A stretch of 64,000 nucleotides of DNA, from the NCBI GenBank assembly GCA_963724295.1, contig CAVRUC010000008.1, positions 1 through 64,000 of the forward strand, written 5' to 3'. This DNA is from an uncultured Chloroflexia bacterium. Its GTDB lineage: Bacteria > Chloroflexota > Chloroflexia > Thermomicrobiales > UBA6265. The notes beneath the pieces are model-generated. The model was not told where the DNA came from. It searched no databases and saw only the letters and a program-made list of their open reading frames with translations. Shown one piece after another: positions 10,336-20,583 of this stretch (position 1 is the first letter of the stretch; each line of letters begins with the position of its first letter). The position numbers were made by a program, and so were the translations under genes.

Positions 10336-10403
10336 GGTCGCAGGGTGGCGGGGTGGCGGGGGTTCGTTCCCTGTCACCCTGCCACCCTGCGACCCTGCCA
10401 CCC
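10336..10403. repeat. Inverted repeat built from 8-nt tandem units (GGGTGGCR / CCCTGCCA)
   Basis: ggtcgcagggtggcggggtggcggggg...tccctgtcaccctgccaccctgcgaccctgccaccc between divergent genes. Confidence 0.75.
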
Positions 10404-10426
10404 CCGTTCGCCGTATCCTTATCGCC

Positions 10427-11227
10427 ATGGAAATGGGTGTCAAGCCAGTTACACGATCTGCCGACAGCCTGGCCGGGATGACCGCGCTGGTCACCGGAGC
10501 GGGCTCCGGGATCGGGCAGGCGACCGCGCGCGCCCTGGCCGCGGCGGGCGCCCGGGTCGTCGTCAGCGAGCTGCCTGATCGCCTGGAGCGAGCCGAAGCG
10601 ACCGTTGCCGAGCTGCACGGTGCAGGCGGTGATGCCCTCGCCGCCGCGCTCGACGTGCGCAACCTGGAGAGCATCTCCAGCTGCGTTGATGCGGCGGTGC
10701 AAGCGGGTGATGGCCGGCTCGACATCCTCGTCAACAACGCGGGCGTCAATGTCCGGCAGCCGGCGTTCGAGGTTACCGAAGAGGCCTGGGACCTGGTACT
10801 CGATACAAACCTGAAGGGATTGTTCTTCACCGCTCAAGCCGCGGGCCGGGTGATGCGCGATCAGGTTCCACCTGGCGGCAGCATCGTCAACGTCTCCTCG
10901 GTCGTGGGACTCGTCGGCTACTACGACCGCGCCGCGTACTGCTCGTCCAAGGCGGGCGTCATCAATCTCTCTCGGGTGCTTGCCATCGAGTGGGCTCCGC
11001 ACGAGATCCGGGTGAACGCCGTCTGCCCGACATTCGTGGAGACGCCACTGACCCAGATCTTGCTGGAGAACGAAGCGATCAAGAGCGATATCCTCGGTCG
11101 CACACCCGCCGGGAGGCTGGCCACTCCGGACGAGGTTGCGGCGGCGATCACCTTCCTCGCCGGGCCGGCGGCGAGGATGATCACGGGCACGGCCCTCACC
11201 GTCGACGGCGGGTGGACGGCGATCTGA
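10427..11227 (+). CDS. SDR family oxidoreductase
   Basis: TGAGSGIG, NNAG, YCSSK and VDGG motifs; TATCCT-N7-ATG at the start. Confidence 0.93.
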   Translation: MEMGVKPVTRSADSLAGMTALVTGAGSGIGQATARALAAAGARVVVSELPDRLERAEATVAELHGAGGDALAAALDVRNLESISSCVDAAVQAGDGRLDILVNNAGVNVRQPAFEVTEEAWDLVLDTNLKGLFFTAQAAGRVMRDQVPPGGSIVNVSSVVGLVGYYDRAAYCSSKAGVINLSRVLAIEWAPHEIRVNAVCPTFVETPLTQILLENEAIKSDILGRTPAGRLATPDEVAAAITFLAGPAARMITGTALTVDGGWTAI

Positions 11228-12735
11228 GCGAGCCAACTCGGTCCGCGGCACCCGGCCATGTGGTCGTGCTCGGCGGAGGCATCACCGGTCTTGCCGCGGC
11301 ACACCGTCTGCTGCACATGCACGCGGACACGATGCCAGGGCCGCGGGTGACGCTGGTCGAAGCGGATGATCGCCTCGGTGGCAAGATCGTGACCGAGCAC
11401 CTCGATGGCTTCGTCGTGGAGGGTGGTCCCGACTCGTTCCTGGCCACCAAACCGCGCGGCATCGGGCTCTGCGAAGAGCTGGACATCGGTGGACAGCAGC
11501 TTCAACTACAAGGTGTCAAGCCACAACGACGCCGCGCGTTCGTCCTTTGGCGTGGTCAGCTGCACGACCTTCCTGAAGGACTGAGCGGTCTGGTCCCGAC
11601 CCATCTCACTCCGCTGGCTCGCTCGAGCCTGCTTTCAGCGCCTGGCAAGGCTCGCGTGGCCCTCGACTACCTGCTCCCTGCCCGGCGTGCGGCTGGCGAT
11701 GAATCGCTTGGCGGGTTCATTCGCCGCCGCCTCGGCCGGGAAGCCTGGGAGCGTCTCGTCGAGCCGCTGATGGCGGGCATCTACGCCGCCGACGGCGACG
11801 AGCTGAGTCTGGCCGCGACGTTCCCTCAGCTGCGTGAGGCGGAGCGCCGGTATGGCGGGCTGATCAAGGGAGTGCTGGCCGCCCGGCGGCTGGCGGCATC
11901 TCCCATCTCGGCGCCGGCGTCCCCGTTCCTGACGCCCGCCGGTGGTCTCGGTGCTCTGGTCGGTGCGTTGGAGACGCGGCTGCGGGACGGCGGAGCCACA
12001 TTCGTGCTCGGGGACCCGGTCACGGCAGTAACGCCATCTGGTTCCGGATTTGACGTTCGGCTGGCGGCGGGCGGAGCGATCCAGGCGGATGCGGTCATCG
12101 TCGCCACCCCGGCCTACGCCGCCGCCGATCTCCTGGTCGAGCTCGATCCCGTGCTGGCCACGGAGCTGGCGGCGATCCCCCACGCATCGACCGCTATCGT
12201 GACCCTTGCCTACCGCCGCGAGGAGATCCGACATCCGCTGGACGGTCATGGCTATGTCATCCCTCGTGCCGAGAGGAGCCCGATTCTGGCCTGTACCTGG
12301 TCTTCCCGGAAATGGGCGGGGCGCGCGCCCGAAGGGTGGGAGTTGATCCGGGTCTTTATCGGGCGGGCGGGTCAGGAGGAAACCCTCGCGACGGACGACG
12401 ACACGCTCGTTGCGCTTGCTCTCCAGGAAGTGGCGGCGCGACTCGGCGTCACCGCGCCCGCCTCGTTGACCCAGGTCCGCCGCTGGCCGCGTGGCATGCC
12501 GCAGTACCTCCTCGGGCATCCGGAACGTGTCGCCCGGATCGGGGCCGCGCAGCGGGAGCACGCGGGGCTCTACCTAGCCGGTAACGCGTTTCACGGGGTC
12601 GGCCTCCCCGATTGCATCGCGTCTGGCGAGCGCGCGGCGGATGCGGCGGTAGCGTATTTGCGCGCTTCCGGCCGCGTCCCGGCAGCGGTCGCCGCCGGAT
12701 CGGGAGCCATGGGATCGCCATCCCTAGCCCGCTGA
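11224..12735 (+). CDS. hemG: Protoporphyrinogen/coproporphyrinogen oxidase (HemY/HemG)
   Basis: GGGITGL FAD motif, RLGGKI, EGGPDSF, PLMAGIYA, MPQYLLGH and GVGLPDCI. Start uncertain (CTG 11224 or GTG 11260). Confidence 0.9.
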   Translation: MSEPTRSAAPGHVVVLGGGITGLAAAHRLLHMHADTMPGPRVTLVEADDRLGGKIVTEHLDGFVVEGGPDSFLATKPRGIGLCEELDIGGQQLQLQGVKPQRRRAFVLWRGQLHDLPEGLSGLVPTHLTPLARSSLLSAPGKARVALDYLLPARRAAGDESLGGFIRRRLGREAWERLVEPLMAGIYAADGDELSLAATFPQLREAERRYGGLIKGVLAARRLAASPISAPASPFLTPAGGLGALVGALETRLRDGGATFVLGDPVTAVTPSGSGFDVRLAAGGAIQADAVIVATPAYAAADLLVELDPVLATELAAIPHASTAIVTLAYRREEIRHPLDGHGYVIPRAERSPILACTWSSRKWAGRAPEGWELIRVFIGRAGQEETLATDDDTLVALALQEVAARLGVTAPASLTQVRRWPRGMPQYLLGHPERVARIGAAQREHAGLYLAGNAFHGVGLPDCIASGERAADAAVAYLRASGRVPAAVAAGSGAMGSPSLAR

Positions 12736-12857
12736 AGAGGCAGGCGCAACGAAACGAGCGTGCACGACGTAGTACCCTGAGAGGGATCATGCCCGCGCAA
12801 ACGCGAAAATAGAGGTGAACACGTGCGCAATGCCGGGCGCGCAGGAGCATTGGCTGG

Positions 12858-15053
12858 ATGACGACCAAGGATGGCACGCGGTCCAACGCGCTCCCCGAGC
12901 GGATCAGCGGTCTCGAACCCCTTTCTCAAAATCTTTGGTGGAGCTGGCAACCCGAGGCCGAGCATCTCTACCGCGACCTCGACCCTGTCCTGTTCGAGTC
13001 GCTCGAAGAGAACCCGGTCCTCCTGCTCAGCGCCGTCGCACCGGAGCGGCTGCGGCAGGCGGCTGCCGATCGCGACTATGTGATGCGATACGACGAGGTG
13101 ATGGCGCGGTTCGACGCCTTGCTCACGGCCAACCCCGGGACGACGTGGGTCGGCGAGCACCAGCCTGAGCTGATCGAGCGACCCGTCGCCTATTTCTCCG
13201 CCGAATTCGGCGTTCATCCCACGCTCCCGATCTATTCCGGTGGTCTCGGTGTGCTTGCCGGCGACCACGCCAAAGCGGCCAGCGATCTCGGTCTGCCGCT
13301 CGTCGGTGTCTCGCTCCTGTATCGGCAAGGCTATCTCCGGCAGCGGTTGACCCCCGATGGATGGCAGCTCGACGTGACGCCGGTGCTGGAACCAGGCGCC
13401 GAGCCGATAACCCCCGTGCTCGGTCCGGACGGTGAGCCGCTCTGCGTCGAGATCTTCCTCAACGATCCTGACTCGCCGGTGCGCTTGCAGATCTGGCGCG
13501 TCCAGGTCGGTCGCGTCTCGCTCTTCCTGCTCGACGCCGACGTCGAAGGGAACCCGGACTGGACGCGCACGGTTTCCTCACGGCTCTACGGCGGCGACCA
13601 GGAACACCGGCTGCGACAGGAGAAGATCCTTGGCATCGGTGGTGTGCGCGCGCTGCGGGCCATGGGCGTCGATCCCGTCTACTGGCACGGCAACGAGGGT
13701 CACGCCGGCTTCCACCTCCTGGAGCGGGTCCGCGAATGGGTCGCGGAAGGACTCACGTTCGACGAGGCGTCCGAGCGTGTCGTGGCATCGTCGGTCTTCA
13801 CCTCGCACACCCCGGTACCCGCCGGTCATGACGTCTTTCCGCCCTACCTGATCGACCGCTACTTCAGCTACTTCTGGCCACAGCTCGGATTGACCCGGCA
13901 TGAGTTCCTGGCGCTGGGGCATCACGACGCCAGCGGCGAAGGGTTCAACATGACGGCGCTCTCGATGCGCCTCTCCGGTTTCCGCAACGGGGTCAGCGCG
14001 CGGCATGGCGAGATCACCCGCGCCATGTGGCATGACCTGTGGCCCGACGTGGAGGCGTCGCTCACCCCGATTACGTCGATCACGAACGGCGTCCACCTGC
14101 CGACCTGGATTTCGCCGCCGCTGCAAGCGCTCCTGGATCGCTATCTGCCCGCGGACTGGCGCCAGCGCATGCAGGAGGAGGACGTCTGGACACCGGTTCC
14201 CGATATTCCCGATGACGAGTTCTGGGAGGTACGGCGGCGCAACAAGCAGATGCTCCTCGCCTATCTGCACGAGTACGCGCGCCGGCGCTGGGCGTCTGGG
14301 GAAGTCGACCCCAAGCAGATCGTGGCGTCCGGGCCATTTCTGCAGCCGGAACCGCTCACCATCGGGTTCGCCCGCCGCTTCGCGACGTATAAGCGAGCGA
14401 CGCTGATGTTCAGCGACCCGGATCGCCTGGCCCGCATCCTGACCGATCCGGAGCGCCCGGTGCAGCTGATCTTCGCGGGCAAGGCGCACCCGGCCGACGA
14501 CGGTGGCAAACGCCTCATTCAGGAGATCTTCTGGCGCTCGCTCGACCCCCGGTATCAGGGTCGCATCACGTTCGCCGAGGACTACGACATGTTGCTGGCG
14601 TCTCGCCTCTACGGGGGCGTCGACGTCTGGCTCAACAACCCGCGCGCACCGCTCGAGGCCAGCGGCACCTCCGGCATGAAGGCGGCAGCCAACGGGGCAT
14701 TGAATTTGTCCGTGCTCGACGGGTGGTGGATCGAAGGCTTCGCCGCGAACCCGGACACCGGCTGGGGCATCGAGCCATCGGAGCAGATGGACGGCAAAGG
14801 GGACGCGGCCGACGGCGACGCCATCTATTCGCTCCTCGAGCGCGAGGTGGTGCCGCTCTTCTACGAGCGAGATGAGCAGAACGTGCCCCGCGAGTGGATT
14901 CGCCGGTCGAAAGAGGCGATTCGCTCGCTGGCGCCCCGCTTCTCGTCGCAGCGGATGGTGATCGAATACATCAACCGGCTGTACGTGCCCGCCTCGGCGG
15001 GTGGAGCGCGCTGGACGGCGCAGCCCGTGACGTCAGGCCGGGAGCGGGGCTAA
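12858..15053 (+). CDS. glgP: Alpha-glucan phosphorylase
   Basis: [37 protein letters not shown] and the PLP motif EASGTSGMK. Confidence 0.96.
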   Translation: MTTKDGTRSNALPERISGLEPLSQNLWWSWQPEAEHLYRDLDPVLFESLEENPVLLLSAVAPERLRQAAADRDYVMRYDEVMARFDALLTANPGTTWVGEHQPELIERPVAYFSAEFGVHPTLPIYSGGLGVLAGDHAKAASDLGLPLVGVSLLYRQGYLRQRLTPDGWQLDVTPVLEPGAEPITPVLGPDGEPLCVEIFLNDPDSPVRLQIWRVQVGRVSLFLLDADVEGNPDWTRTVSSRLYGGDQEHRLRQEKILGIGGVRALRAMGVDPVYWHGNEGHAGFHLLERVREWVAEGLTFDEASERVVASSVFTSHTPVPAGHDVFPPYLIDRYFSYFWPQLGLTRHEFLALGHHDASGEGFNMTALSMRLSGFRNGVSARHGEITRAMWHDLWPDVEASLTPITSITNGVHLPTWISPPLQALLDRYLPADWRQRMQEEDVWTPVPDIPDDEFWEVRRRNKQMLLAYLHEYARRRWASGEVDPKQIVASGPFLQPEPLTIGFARRFATYKRATLMFSDPDRLARILTDPERPVQLIFAGKAHPADDGGKRLIQEIFWRSLDPRYQGRITFAEDYDMLLASRLYGGVDVWLNNPRAPLEASGTSGMKAAANGALNLSVLDGWWIEGFAANPDTGWGIEPSEQMDGKGDAADGDAIYSLLEREVVPLFYERDEQNVPREWIRRSKEAIRSLAPRFSSQRMVIEYINRLYVPASAGGARWTAQPVTSGRERG

Positions 15054-15691
15054 GGCGACAGGCGCTCGATGACCCAGTCCTCCCGCACGCGGCGGTAGCG
15101 CAGCCGGTCGTGGAGCCGGCTGGGACGTCCTTGCCAGAACTCGATCCATTCCGGGACCACGCGGTAGCCGCCCCAGTACTCGGGTAACGGGATGGGGTCG
15201 TCGCCGAATTGCTCCGCCAATCGCCTGAATTCCGCCGCTAGCTGCTCGCGACCGCTGACCACCTCGCTCTGCTGGGAGAGACTGGCCGCGATGCGACTTC
15301 CCACGGGACGACTATCGAAATAGACTCGAGACTCGTCACGGCTGATGCGTGCGGCCAGACCCGAGATTCGGACCTGCCGCTCCAGTTGCGGCCAGTAGAA
15401 CGTCAATGCGGCGCGTGGGTTCCGCGCCAGGTCGCGACCCTTCGGGCTCTCGTAGTTCGAGTAAAAGAGGAATCCGCGCTCGTCGAACCCCTTGAGCAGA
15501 ACGATCCGCGCGGCAGGTTCGCCGTCCGGAGACGCCGTCGCCAGCACCATCGCGTTCGGCTCAGGGACTTCCGCGGCCTGGGCCTCGACAAACCACTGCC
15601 CGAACTGGCGGATGGGGTCGGCGTCGAGATCGGTCTCGTCGAGACCGGCCAGCGAGTATTCCCTTCGCATGTCGGCTGCGTGGAGCGCCAT
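15050..15691 (-). CDS. pdxH: Pyridoxamine 5'-phosphate oxidase
   Basis: [21 protein letters not shown] and [14 protein letters not shown]. Confidence 0.96.
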   Translation of the reverse strand: MALHAADMRREYSLAGLDETDLDADPIRQFGQWFVEAQAAEVPEPNAMVLATASPDGEPAARIVLLKGFDERGFLFYSNYESPKGRDLARNPRAALTFYWPQLERQVRISGLAARISRDESRVYFDSRPVGSRIAASLSQQSEVVSGREQLAAEFRRLAEQFGDDPIPLPEYWGGYRVVPEWIEFWQGRPSRLHDRLRYRRVREDWVIERLSP

Positions 15692-15840
15692 CCCGGACTC
15701 TCCCGTCCCCAACGTGTCTCGATCCGGGCCCTGTCAGGAACAGAGTGTAGATTCTGCGCGACGAACCCGGTATTGGGGAATGCAGGGATTCTACCGGCGC
15801 CTCCCGCGGGGCGACGACGCCCGCGGCTATCATCGTCGCC

Positions 15841-17607
15841 ATGCCCGGCGCCACCTCCTTGCAAACACCCATCCGAACGTTGCTCGTCGCCAATCGCGGC
15901 GAGATCGCCGTGCGGGTGATCCGTGCCGCCCATGAGCTCGGACTGCGCGCGGTCGCCATCTATGGCGAGGGCGAGCACGAGGTCATGCACGTCCGGCTCG
16001 CGGATGAGGCCTGGCGCATTCCCTCTACGGCGCCGATTCCCTACCTCGACATCCCCGCCATCATCGAGATCGCACGACGTAGCGGCGCAGACGCCATTCA
16101 TCCGGGATATGGGTTCCTCGCCGAGAATCCCGACTTCGCCCAGGCGAGCGCAGACGCCGGGATCGTCTTCGTCGGTCCGCCGGTGGAGGCGATCGCAGCG
16201 ATGGGTGACAAGATCGAGGCACGGCGGATTGCCGCCGCGGCCGGCGTCCCGGTCGTCCCGGGGTCGGATGGACCGGTGACCTCGCCAGGCAACGCCCTCG
16301 CCTGGGGAGCTGAGCACGGATATCCGGTGGCCGTGAAGGCCTCCGGCGGGGGCGGCGGACGCGGCTTTCGCGTTGCGCGCGGACCGGACGAGATCGAGGC
16401 GGCGTTCCTCGGCGCTTCGGGTGAGGCCGCGCGATCCTTCGCCAATCCCGAGGTCTACCTGGAGCGCTATCTCGACGATCCGCGGCACATCGAGGTGCAG
16501 CTCATGGCCGACGCTCACGGGCAGATCATCGCGGTCGGGGACCGGGATTGCTCGGTGCAACGCCGGCATCAGAAGCTGATCGAGGAAGCACCAGCGCCGG
16601 GGATCCCTGATGCAACGCGTAAGGCCATGGCGGACGCCGCGGTCGCGCTGGCGCGCGCCGTCGCATACCGCGGTGCCGGCACGGTCGAGTTCCTGCTCGA
16701 TGCCAGCGGCCAGTTCGCCTTCCTCGAGATGAACACGCGCGTTCAGGTCGAGCATCCAGTCACCGAGATGACCACCGGGATCGACCTCGTGCGCGAGCAG
16801 ATTCTGGTGGCTGGCGGCGCGCCACTTTCGTTTGCGACCGAGGACATCATCTCTCGAGGACACGCCATCGAGTGCCGGATCAACGCCGAAGATCCCGGCA
16901 AGGGATTCGCGCCGGCCCCAGGGACGATCACGCGCTTCCACCCGCCGGCGGGAATGGGCGTGCGCGTCGATAGCGCTGCCGAGAGCGGGAGCCGCATCCA
17001 CCCTGCCTATGACTCGCTGATTGCCAAAGTGGTTACCTGGGGACGTGACCGCAGCGAGGCGACGGCACGCATGCGCGGGGCGCTGACCGAGCTGGACGTG
17101 GCGGGGGTGCCAACGACGCGGGACTTCCACCTGCGGCTGCTCGACAGCCCAGACTGGCAACGCGGCGCGGCAACGACGACCTTCCTCGACCAGCACCCCG
17201 ACGTGCTTCCTCGACCGGCTGATTCCTTCCCCGCGGTTGAAATGGGCGGCGACGGTCCGTTCGAGGTCATCGCCGAGGTCGACGGCCGCCGCTTCGAGGT
17301 CCGGGTGCATGGCGAGGCCAAACCCGCGGCCAGCAACGTGTCGTTGCAACGACCGAAGCCGCCATCGAAACCCGCCACGAACCGCTCGGGTGACGACGCG
17401 CTTCTGCGCAGCCCGATCCAGGGCACCGTCGTTCGGGTCGCGGTCGGACCGGGCGACTCGGTGATGCCCGGTCAGACGGTCTGCGTGATCGAGGCCATGA
17501 AGATGGAGAACGACGTCACCGCGCATCGCGCCGGTGTGCTGGCGACGGTTGCCGCCACACCTGGGATGGCCGTCCGCGTCGGCGATCCCATCGCGGAGAT
17601 CACCTGA
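15841..17607 (+). CDS. Acetyl/propionyl-CoA carboxylase alpha subunit (biotin carboxylase plus BCCP)
   Basis: ANRGEIA, HPGYGFLAEN, QRRHQK, EMNTRVQVEH and the biotinylation motif EAMKM. Confidence 0.95.
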   Translation: MPGATSLQTPIRTLLVANRGEIAVRVIRAAHELGLRAVAIYGEGEHEVMHVRLADEAWRIPSTAPIPYLDIPAIIEIARRSGADAIHPGYGFLAENPDFAQASADAGIVFVGPPVEAIAAMGDKIEARRIAAAAGVPVVPGSDGPVTSPGNALAWGAEHGYPVAVKASGGGGGRGFRVARGPDEIEAAFLGASGEAARSFANPEVYLERYLDDPRHIEVQLMADAHGQIIAVGDRDCSVQRRHQKLIEEAPAPGIPDATRKAMADAAVALARAVAYRGAGTVEFLLDASGQFAFLEMNTRVQVEHPVTEMTTGIDLVREQILVAGGAPLSFATEDIISRGHAIECRINAEDPGKGFAPAPGTITRFHPPAGMGVRVDSAAESGSRIHPAYDSLIAKVVTWGRDRSEATARMRGALTELDVAGVPTTRDFHLRLLDSPDWQRGAATTTFLDQHPDVLPRPADSFPAVEMGGDGPFEVIAEVDGRRFEVRVHGEAKPAASNVSLQRPKPPSKPATNRSGDDALLRSPIQGTVVRVAVGPGDSVMPGQTVCVIEAMKMENDVTAHRAGVLATVAATPGMAVRVGDPIAEIT

Positions 17608-17629
17608 GGCCGGCTCTATACTGCCGTCT

Positions 17630-18784
17630 ATGCAACAGACATCCTCGCCGTCCGCCGCTCAATCCGTTACTGATGATCTGCTCCAGGCCGCCCAGGCGTT
17701 TTTCCCGAACTTCATCGCAGCGGAAGCGATCGCCGGGCACCCGGATATCGTCAGAGTCCTCACGCGCACGGGCAATGGGCGCGTGCGCCGCTGGCCGGCG
17801 GGCGTCCTCGCGGCTGACATCGCCTTCAGCCGGGAGGTGATGACGACAGCCAGCGACGCGGGGCTCACGGCCGTGCCGCGGCTGGTTACCTCGCCAACCG
17901 CCCCCGACGAGCCGTCGTTGCTCATTGGCGGTCGTCACTTTGACGCTCAGATGTGGTTGCCCGGGGCGCCGCCGCCACGGTCGGAGGCGGCGTGGCCAGA
18001 CCCGGACGACCGCATCGACATCCCGGCCGCGCTCGCTGCGGCGACCTTCTCCGAGGTGATCGCCGCCTCGGCGCGTCTCCATGACGCGACGACGGCGATC
18101 GCGGCACGGCCCGGTATCCCGGCTGCGCCGTTGTCGATGTTGCCCGGCGCGGTGCGCCAGGCGCATGGCCGCCATCTGGCCGCATTGCGCGCCCGGGCGC
18201 GACGCGAGCCGGCCATTCAGCGCTGGCTGGCCACCGGGGAGCGACTGATGGCCGCCGCGGAACCGATTGTCATGGCCGCGACGGAGACGCTCGCGTTGCC
18301 GCCAAGCGTGCTCCAACTCGGACTCTGGCCGGCGCATGTCCTCCTCGAGGGAGAGTCACTCTCCGGGTTGCTCGGGTGGGAACGGGTCGCCGCCGGATCG
18401 CCTCTGCTGGACATCGCCCAGGCGACGCTGCGGCTGCAAGGATGGAGCGACGAAGCGGTCGAGGTGGCCCTCGGCGCCTACGCCGAGGCGCGCCCGCTCT
18501 CGCCCGAGGAACGCCGTCTCCTGCCGGCGGTCGCCGCGCTCGACGCGGTGGCAACGACGGGACGTCTGCTCGAGCAGACGTACGCGGTCGACGAGACCGC
18601 CCGGCCGCCAACCGCGTTGCGCGCGGCGATCGACATGCTGCTGCGCTCGATGACGGCCCTCGATCGGAGTCTGATCGCGCAATCTACCGTGGGCAAGAGC
18701 AAGCGCACGCCCTGGCGGCGAGGACCACGCCCTACCCCACCGCGAGGACAAGAAGGAGGAAAATCCCGTGCCCGACGTCGTTGA
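17630..18784 (+). CDS. APH/choline-kinase-like phosphotransferase fold protein, catalytically degenerate
   Basis: VPRL, WLPG, ARLH and GSPLLDIA scaffold motifs, but QLGLWPAH in place of HxDxxxxN and GWE in place of DWE. Confidence 0.7.
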   Translation: MQQTSSPSAAQSVTDDLLQAAQAFFPNFIAAEAIAGHPDIVRVLTRTGNGRVRRWPAGVLAADIAFSREVMTTASDAGLTAVPRLVTSPTAPDEPSLLIGGRHFDAQMWLPGAPPPRSEAAWPDPDDRIDIPAALAAATFSEVIAASARLHDATTAIAARPGIPAAPLSMLPGAVRQAHGRHLAALRARARREPAIQRWLATGERLMAAAEPIVMAATETLALPPSVLQLGLWPAHVLLEGESLSGLLGWERVAAGSPLLDIAQATLRLQGWSDEAVEVALGAYAEARPLSPEERRLLPAVAALDAVATTGRLLEQTYAVDETARPPTALRAAIDMLLRSMTALDRSLIAQSTVGKSKRTPWRRGPRPTPPRGQEGGKSRARRR

Positions 18785-19157
18785 TGCTCCCGATCTCCTG
18801 GCCGAGAGTTGCGTCGCCTGCCGACGGGACGCGCCGCGCGTCACCGACGAAGAAGCGGCGGCGCTGACTCCCCTCATCCCTGATTGGACCCGCGAGGAGC
18901 GCAACGGTGTACCGCGCCTGGTGCGCACCTTCCGCGTCCCCACCTATCGCGATGCCCTCGCCTTCACCCAGCGCGTCGGCGAGCTCGCCGAAGAAGAAGG
19001 GCATCATCCGGCACTGCTCACGGTGTGGGGAAAAGTGACCGTCTCCTGGTGGAGCCACAAGATCCGCGGTCTGCACCGCAACGACTTCATCATGGCCGCC
19101 AAAACCGACGCGCTCGCTCGCGAGGCTGGAATCCTCGATGGAGAAGACGGCGCGTAA
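18768..19157 (+). CDS. phhB: Pterin-4-alpha-carbinolamine dehydratase
   Basis: CVAC N-terminus, EEEGHHP and WWSHKIRGLHRNDFIMAAK. Confidence 0.92.
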   Translation: MPDVVDAPDLLAESCVACRRDAPRVTDEEAAALTPLIPDWTREERNGVPRLVRTFRVPTYRDALAFTQRVGELAEEEGHHPALLTVWGKVTVSWWSHKIRGLHRNDFIMAAKTDALAREAGILDGEDGA

Positions 19158-19174
19158 TCGCATCGTGGCAAGAG

Positions 19175-19258
19175 TGTCATTCCGAGCCAGAGCGAGGAAT
19201 CTCGTCTCTCTGCGTACGCGAACTCGTGACGAAATCCCTCGTGTTCCTCGGGATGACA
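19175..19258. repeat. REP-like palindromic dimer (GTCAT-tagged)
   Basis: tgtcattccgag-ccagagc-gaggaatctcgtc ... gacgaaatccctc-gtgttc-ctcgggatgaca, an inverted pair between convergent genes. Confidence 0.75.
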
Positions 19259-19293
19259 CCGGGGTTTGTTGGCCAACCCCGAGGGACTTCAAC

Positions 19294-19822
19294 TCAGGAC
19301 GATGGCTCGGTCGGGCTCAGCGCGGCGATGGCCGCGTCGACCGCGGCTTCGGGAGTCTCGGCGACGACGACGCCCCTCCAGGTCTTCCAGTCGAGCGCGG
19401 AGCTCGTCGGTAGAGAGCAGGTCCGCCCAGCCGCCGAGAAGCACGACCGGACGTGCCAGGCGCAGCCCGAGCGCGATCTCGGAGAGCGTCCCCCAGCCGC
19501 CGCCGACGGCAATCAGCGCCTGTCCGGTCGCGGCAACCAGCACGTTTCGGGCCTGACCCAGCCCCGTGCAGATGACATGCTCGACCCAGGGATTGGCCGC
19601 CCGGCCGTCATAGCCGGGGATGATGCCGATGGTCACGCCACCGGCCTCCTTCGCCCCGCGGCAGGCCGCGGCCATCGCCCCGCCGAGACCGCCGCAGATC
19701 AGCGTGCAACCGCGCTCGGCAATCAGGCGGCCGACCGCTCCCGCCAGGAGGAGCTCCTCGTCGCTGGCTGCGCCGGGCGCGCAAACCGCAATCCGCGGCG
19801 CTCGCGCTTGCGGGGCGCTCAC
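19294..19822 (-). CDS. TIGR00725 / LOG-like Rossmann-fold protein, apparent frameshift near 3' end
   Basis: CGGLGGAM, GQARN and GGGWGTLSE motifs. An extra G in a G-run at 19373-19376 moves the C-terminus GVVVAETPEAAV into another frame. Confidence 0.85.
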
Positions 19823-20502
19823 CGCTTCTCGCTCCCGGGGTTACCCAGCGGGAAGGTCGCGACCGGTTCGTGACGCGCCCCGTCCTTCCCCAGATGGCTC
19901 CGCATCAGCACGACCTCGCGCACGGGAACCGCCAGGGAGGGCGGGGCCACCGCCGCGCCGCTATCGCGGTCGATGAAGCGATCCTTGATGGCGTCCGGCA
20001 GATCGCGCAGGCGAACGCACTCGCCATCGTTGTTGCGGACCCGCCCCAGGGTGATGTGCGGGTGATACGGCTCGTCGCCAGTGGCAAAGCCCAACCCGCG
20101 CAGCGTGCGACCGATATCTTCCTGCAGCGATTGCAACCGGTGCACGGGGCCATGCAGCCCAACCCAGAGGACGCGTGGCCGGCGGAAGTTCGGGAAGACA
20201 CCGAGGGCCGCCGTACGCAGGTCGAAGGCCGCGTGCGCGGCGACGACGTCCGGAAGGGCCAGTCGCACCAGCTCCGCTCGCTCCCGCTCCGTCTCACCCA
20301 GGAAGTGCAGCGTCAGGTGCGATGTCTCCGGTTGCACCCAGCGCACCGGCCAGCCTTCCGCCTCGAGCGTCGCGATCTCTGCAGCGACGAGGCGCTGGAC
20401 GTCCTGGGTCAGGCAAACGGCGAGAAACAATCGCCACGGCGCATCGATCGCGTCGGGCGCAGGCGGGCGGACCTTGGGTGGGCGCGGTTTGCGGGGCGGC
20501 AT
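19819..20502 (-). CDS. thpR: RNA 2',3'-cyclic phosphodiesterase (2H family)
   Basis: RLFLAV, two HxT motifs (HLTL, HITL) and PRVLWVG. Confidence 0.92.
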   Translation of the reverse strand: MPPRKPRPPKVRPPAPDAIDAPWRLFLAVCLTQDVQRLVAAEIATLEAEGWPVRWVQPETSHLTLHFLGETERERAELVRLALPDVVAAHAAFDLRTAALGVFPNFRRPRVLWVGLHGPVHRLQSLQEDIGRTLRGLGFATGDEPYHPHITLGRVRNNDGECVRLRDLPDAIKDRFIDRDSGAAVAPPSLAVPVREVVLMRSHLGKDGARHEPVATFPLGNPGSEKR

Positions 20503-20583
20503 GACGGTTAGTATATGGCGCAGTTCCCGCAGACTCGGGAGTCACGTCGAACGCATCGGCGTCGTGGGGATAACGTCAGGATC

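Noticed and set aside
15403..17526. Long antisense ORFs (707 aa here; also 26437-27966, 33995-35356, 39843-41507, 58105-59241)
   Set aside because: These are shadow ORFs opposite well-supported genes, as expected in high-GC DNA.
19373..19376. Programmed frameshift in the TIGR00725 gene
   Set aside because: A single extra base in a G homopolymer is most simply a sequencing indel; no slippery site or stimulatory structure is evident.
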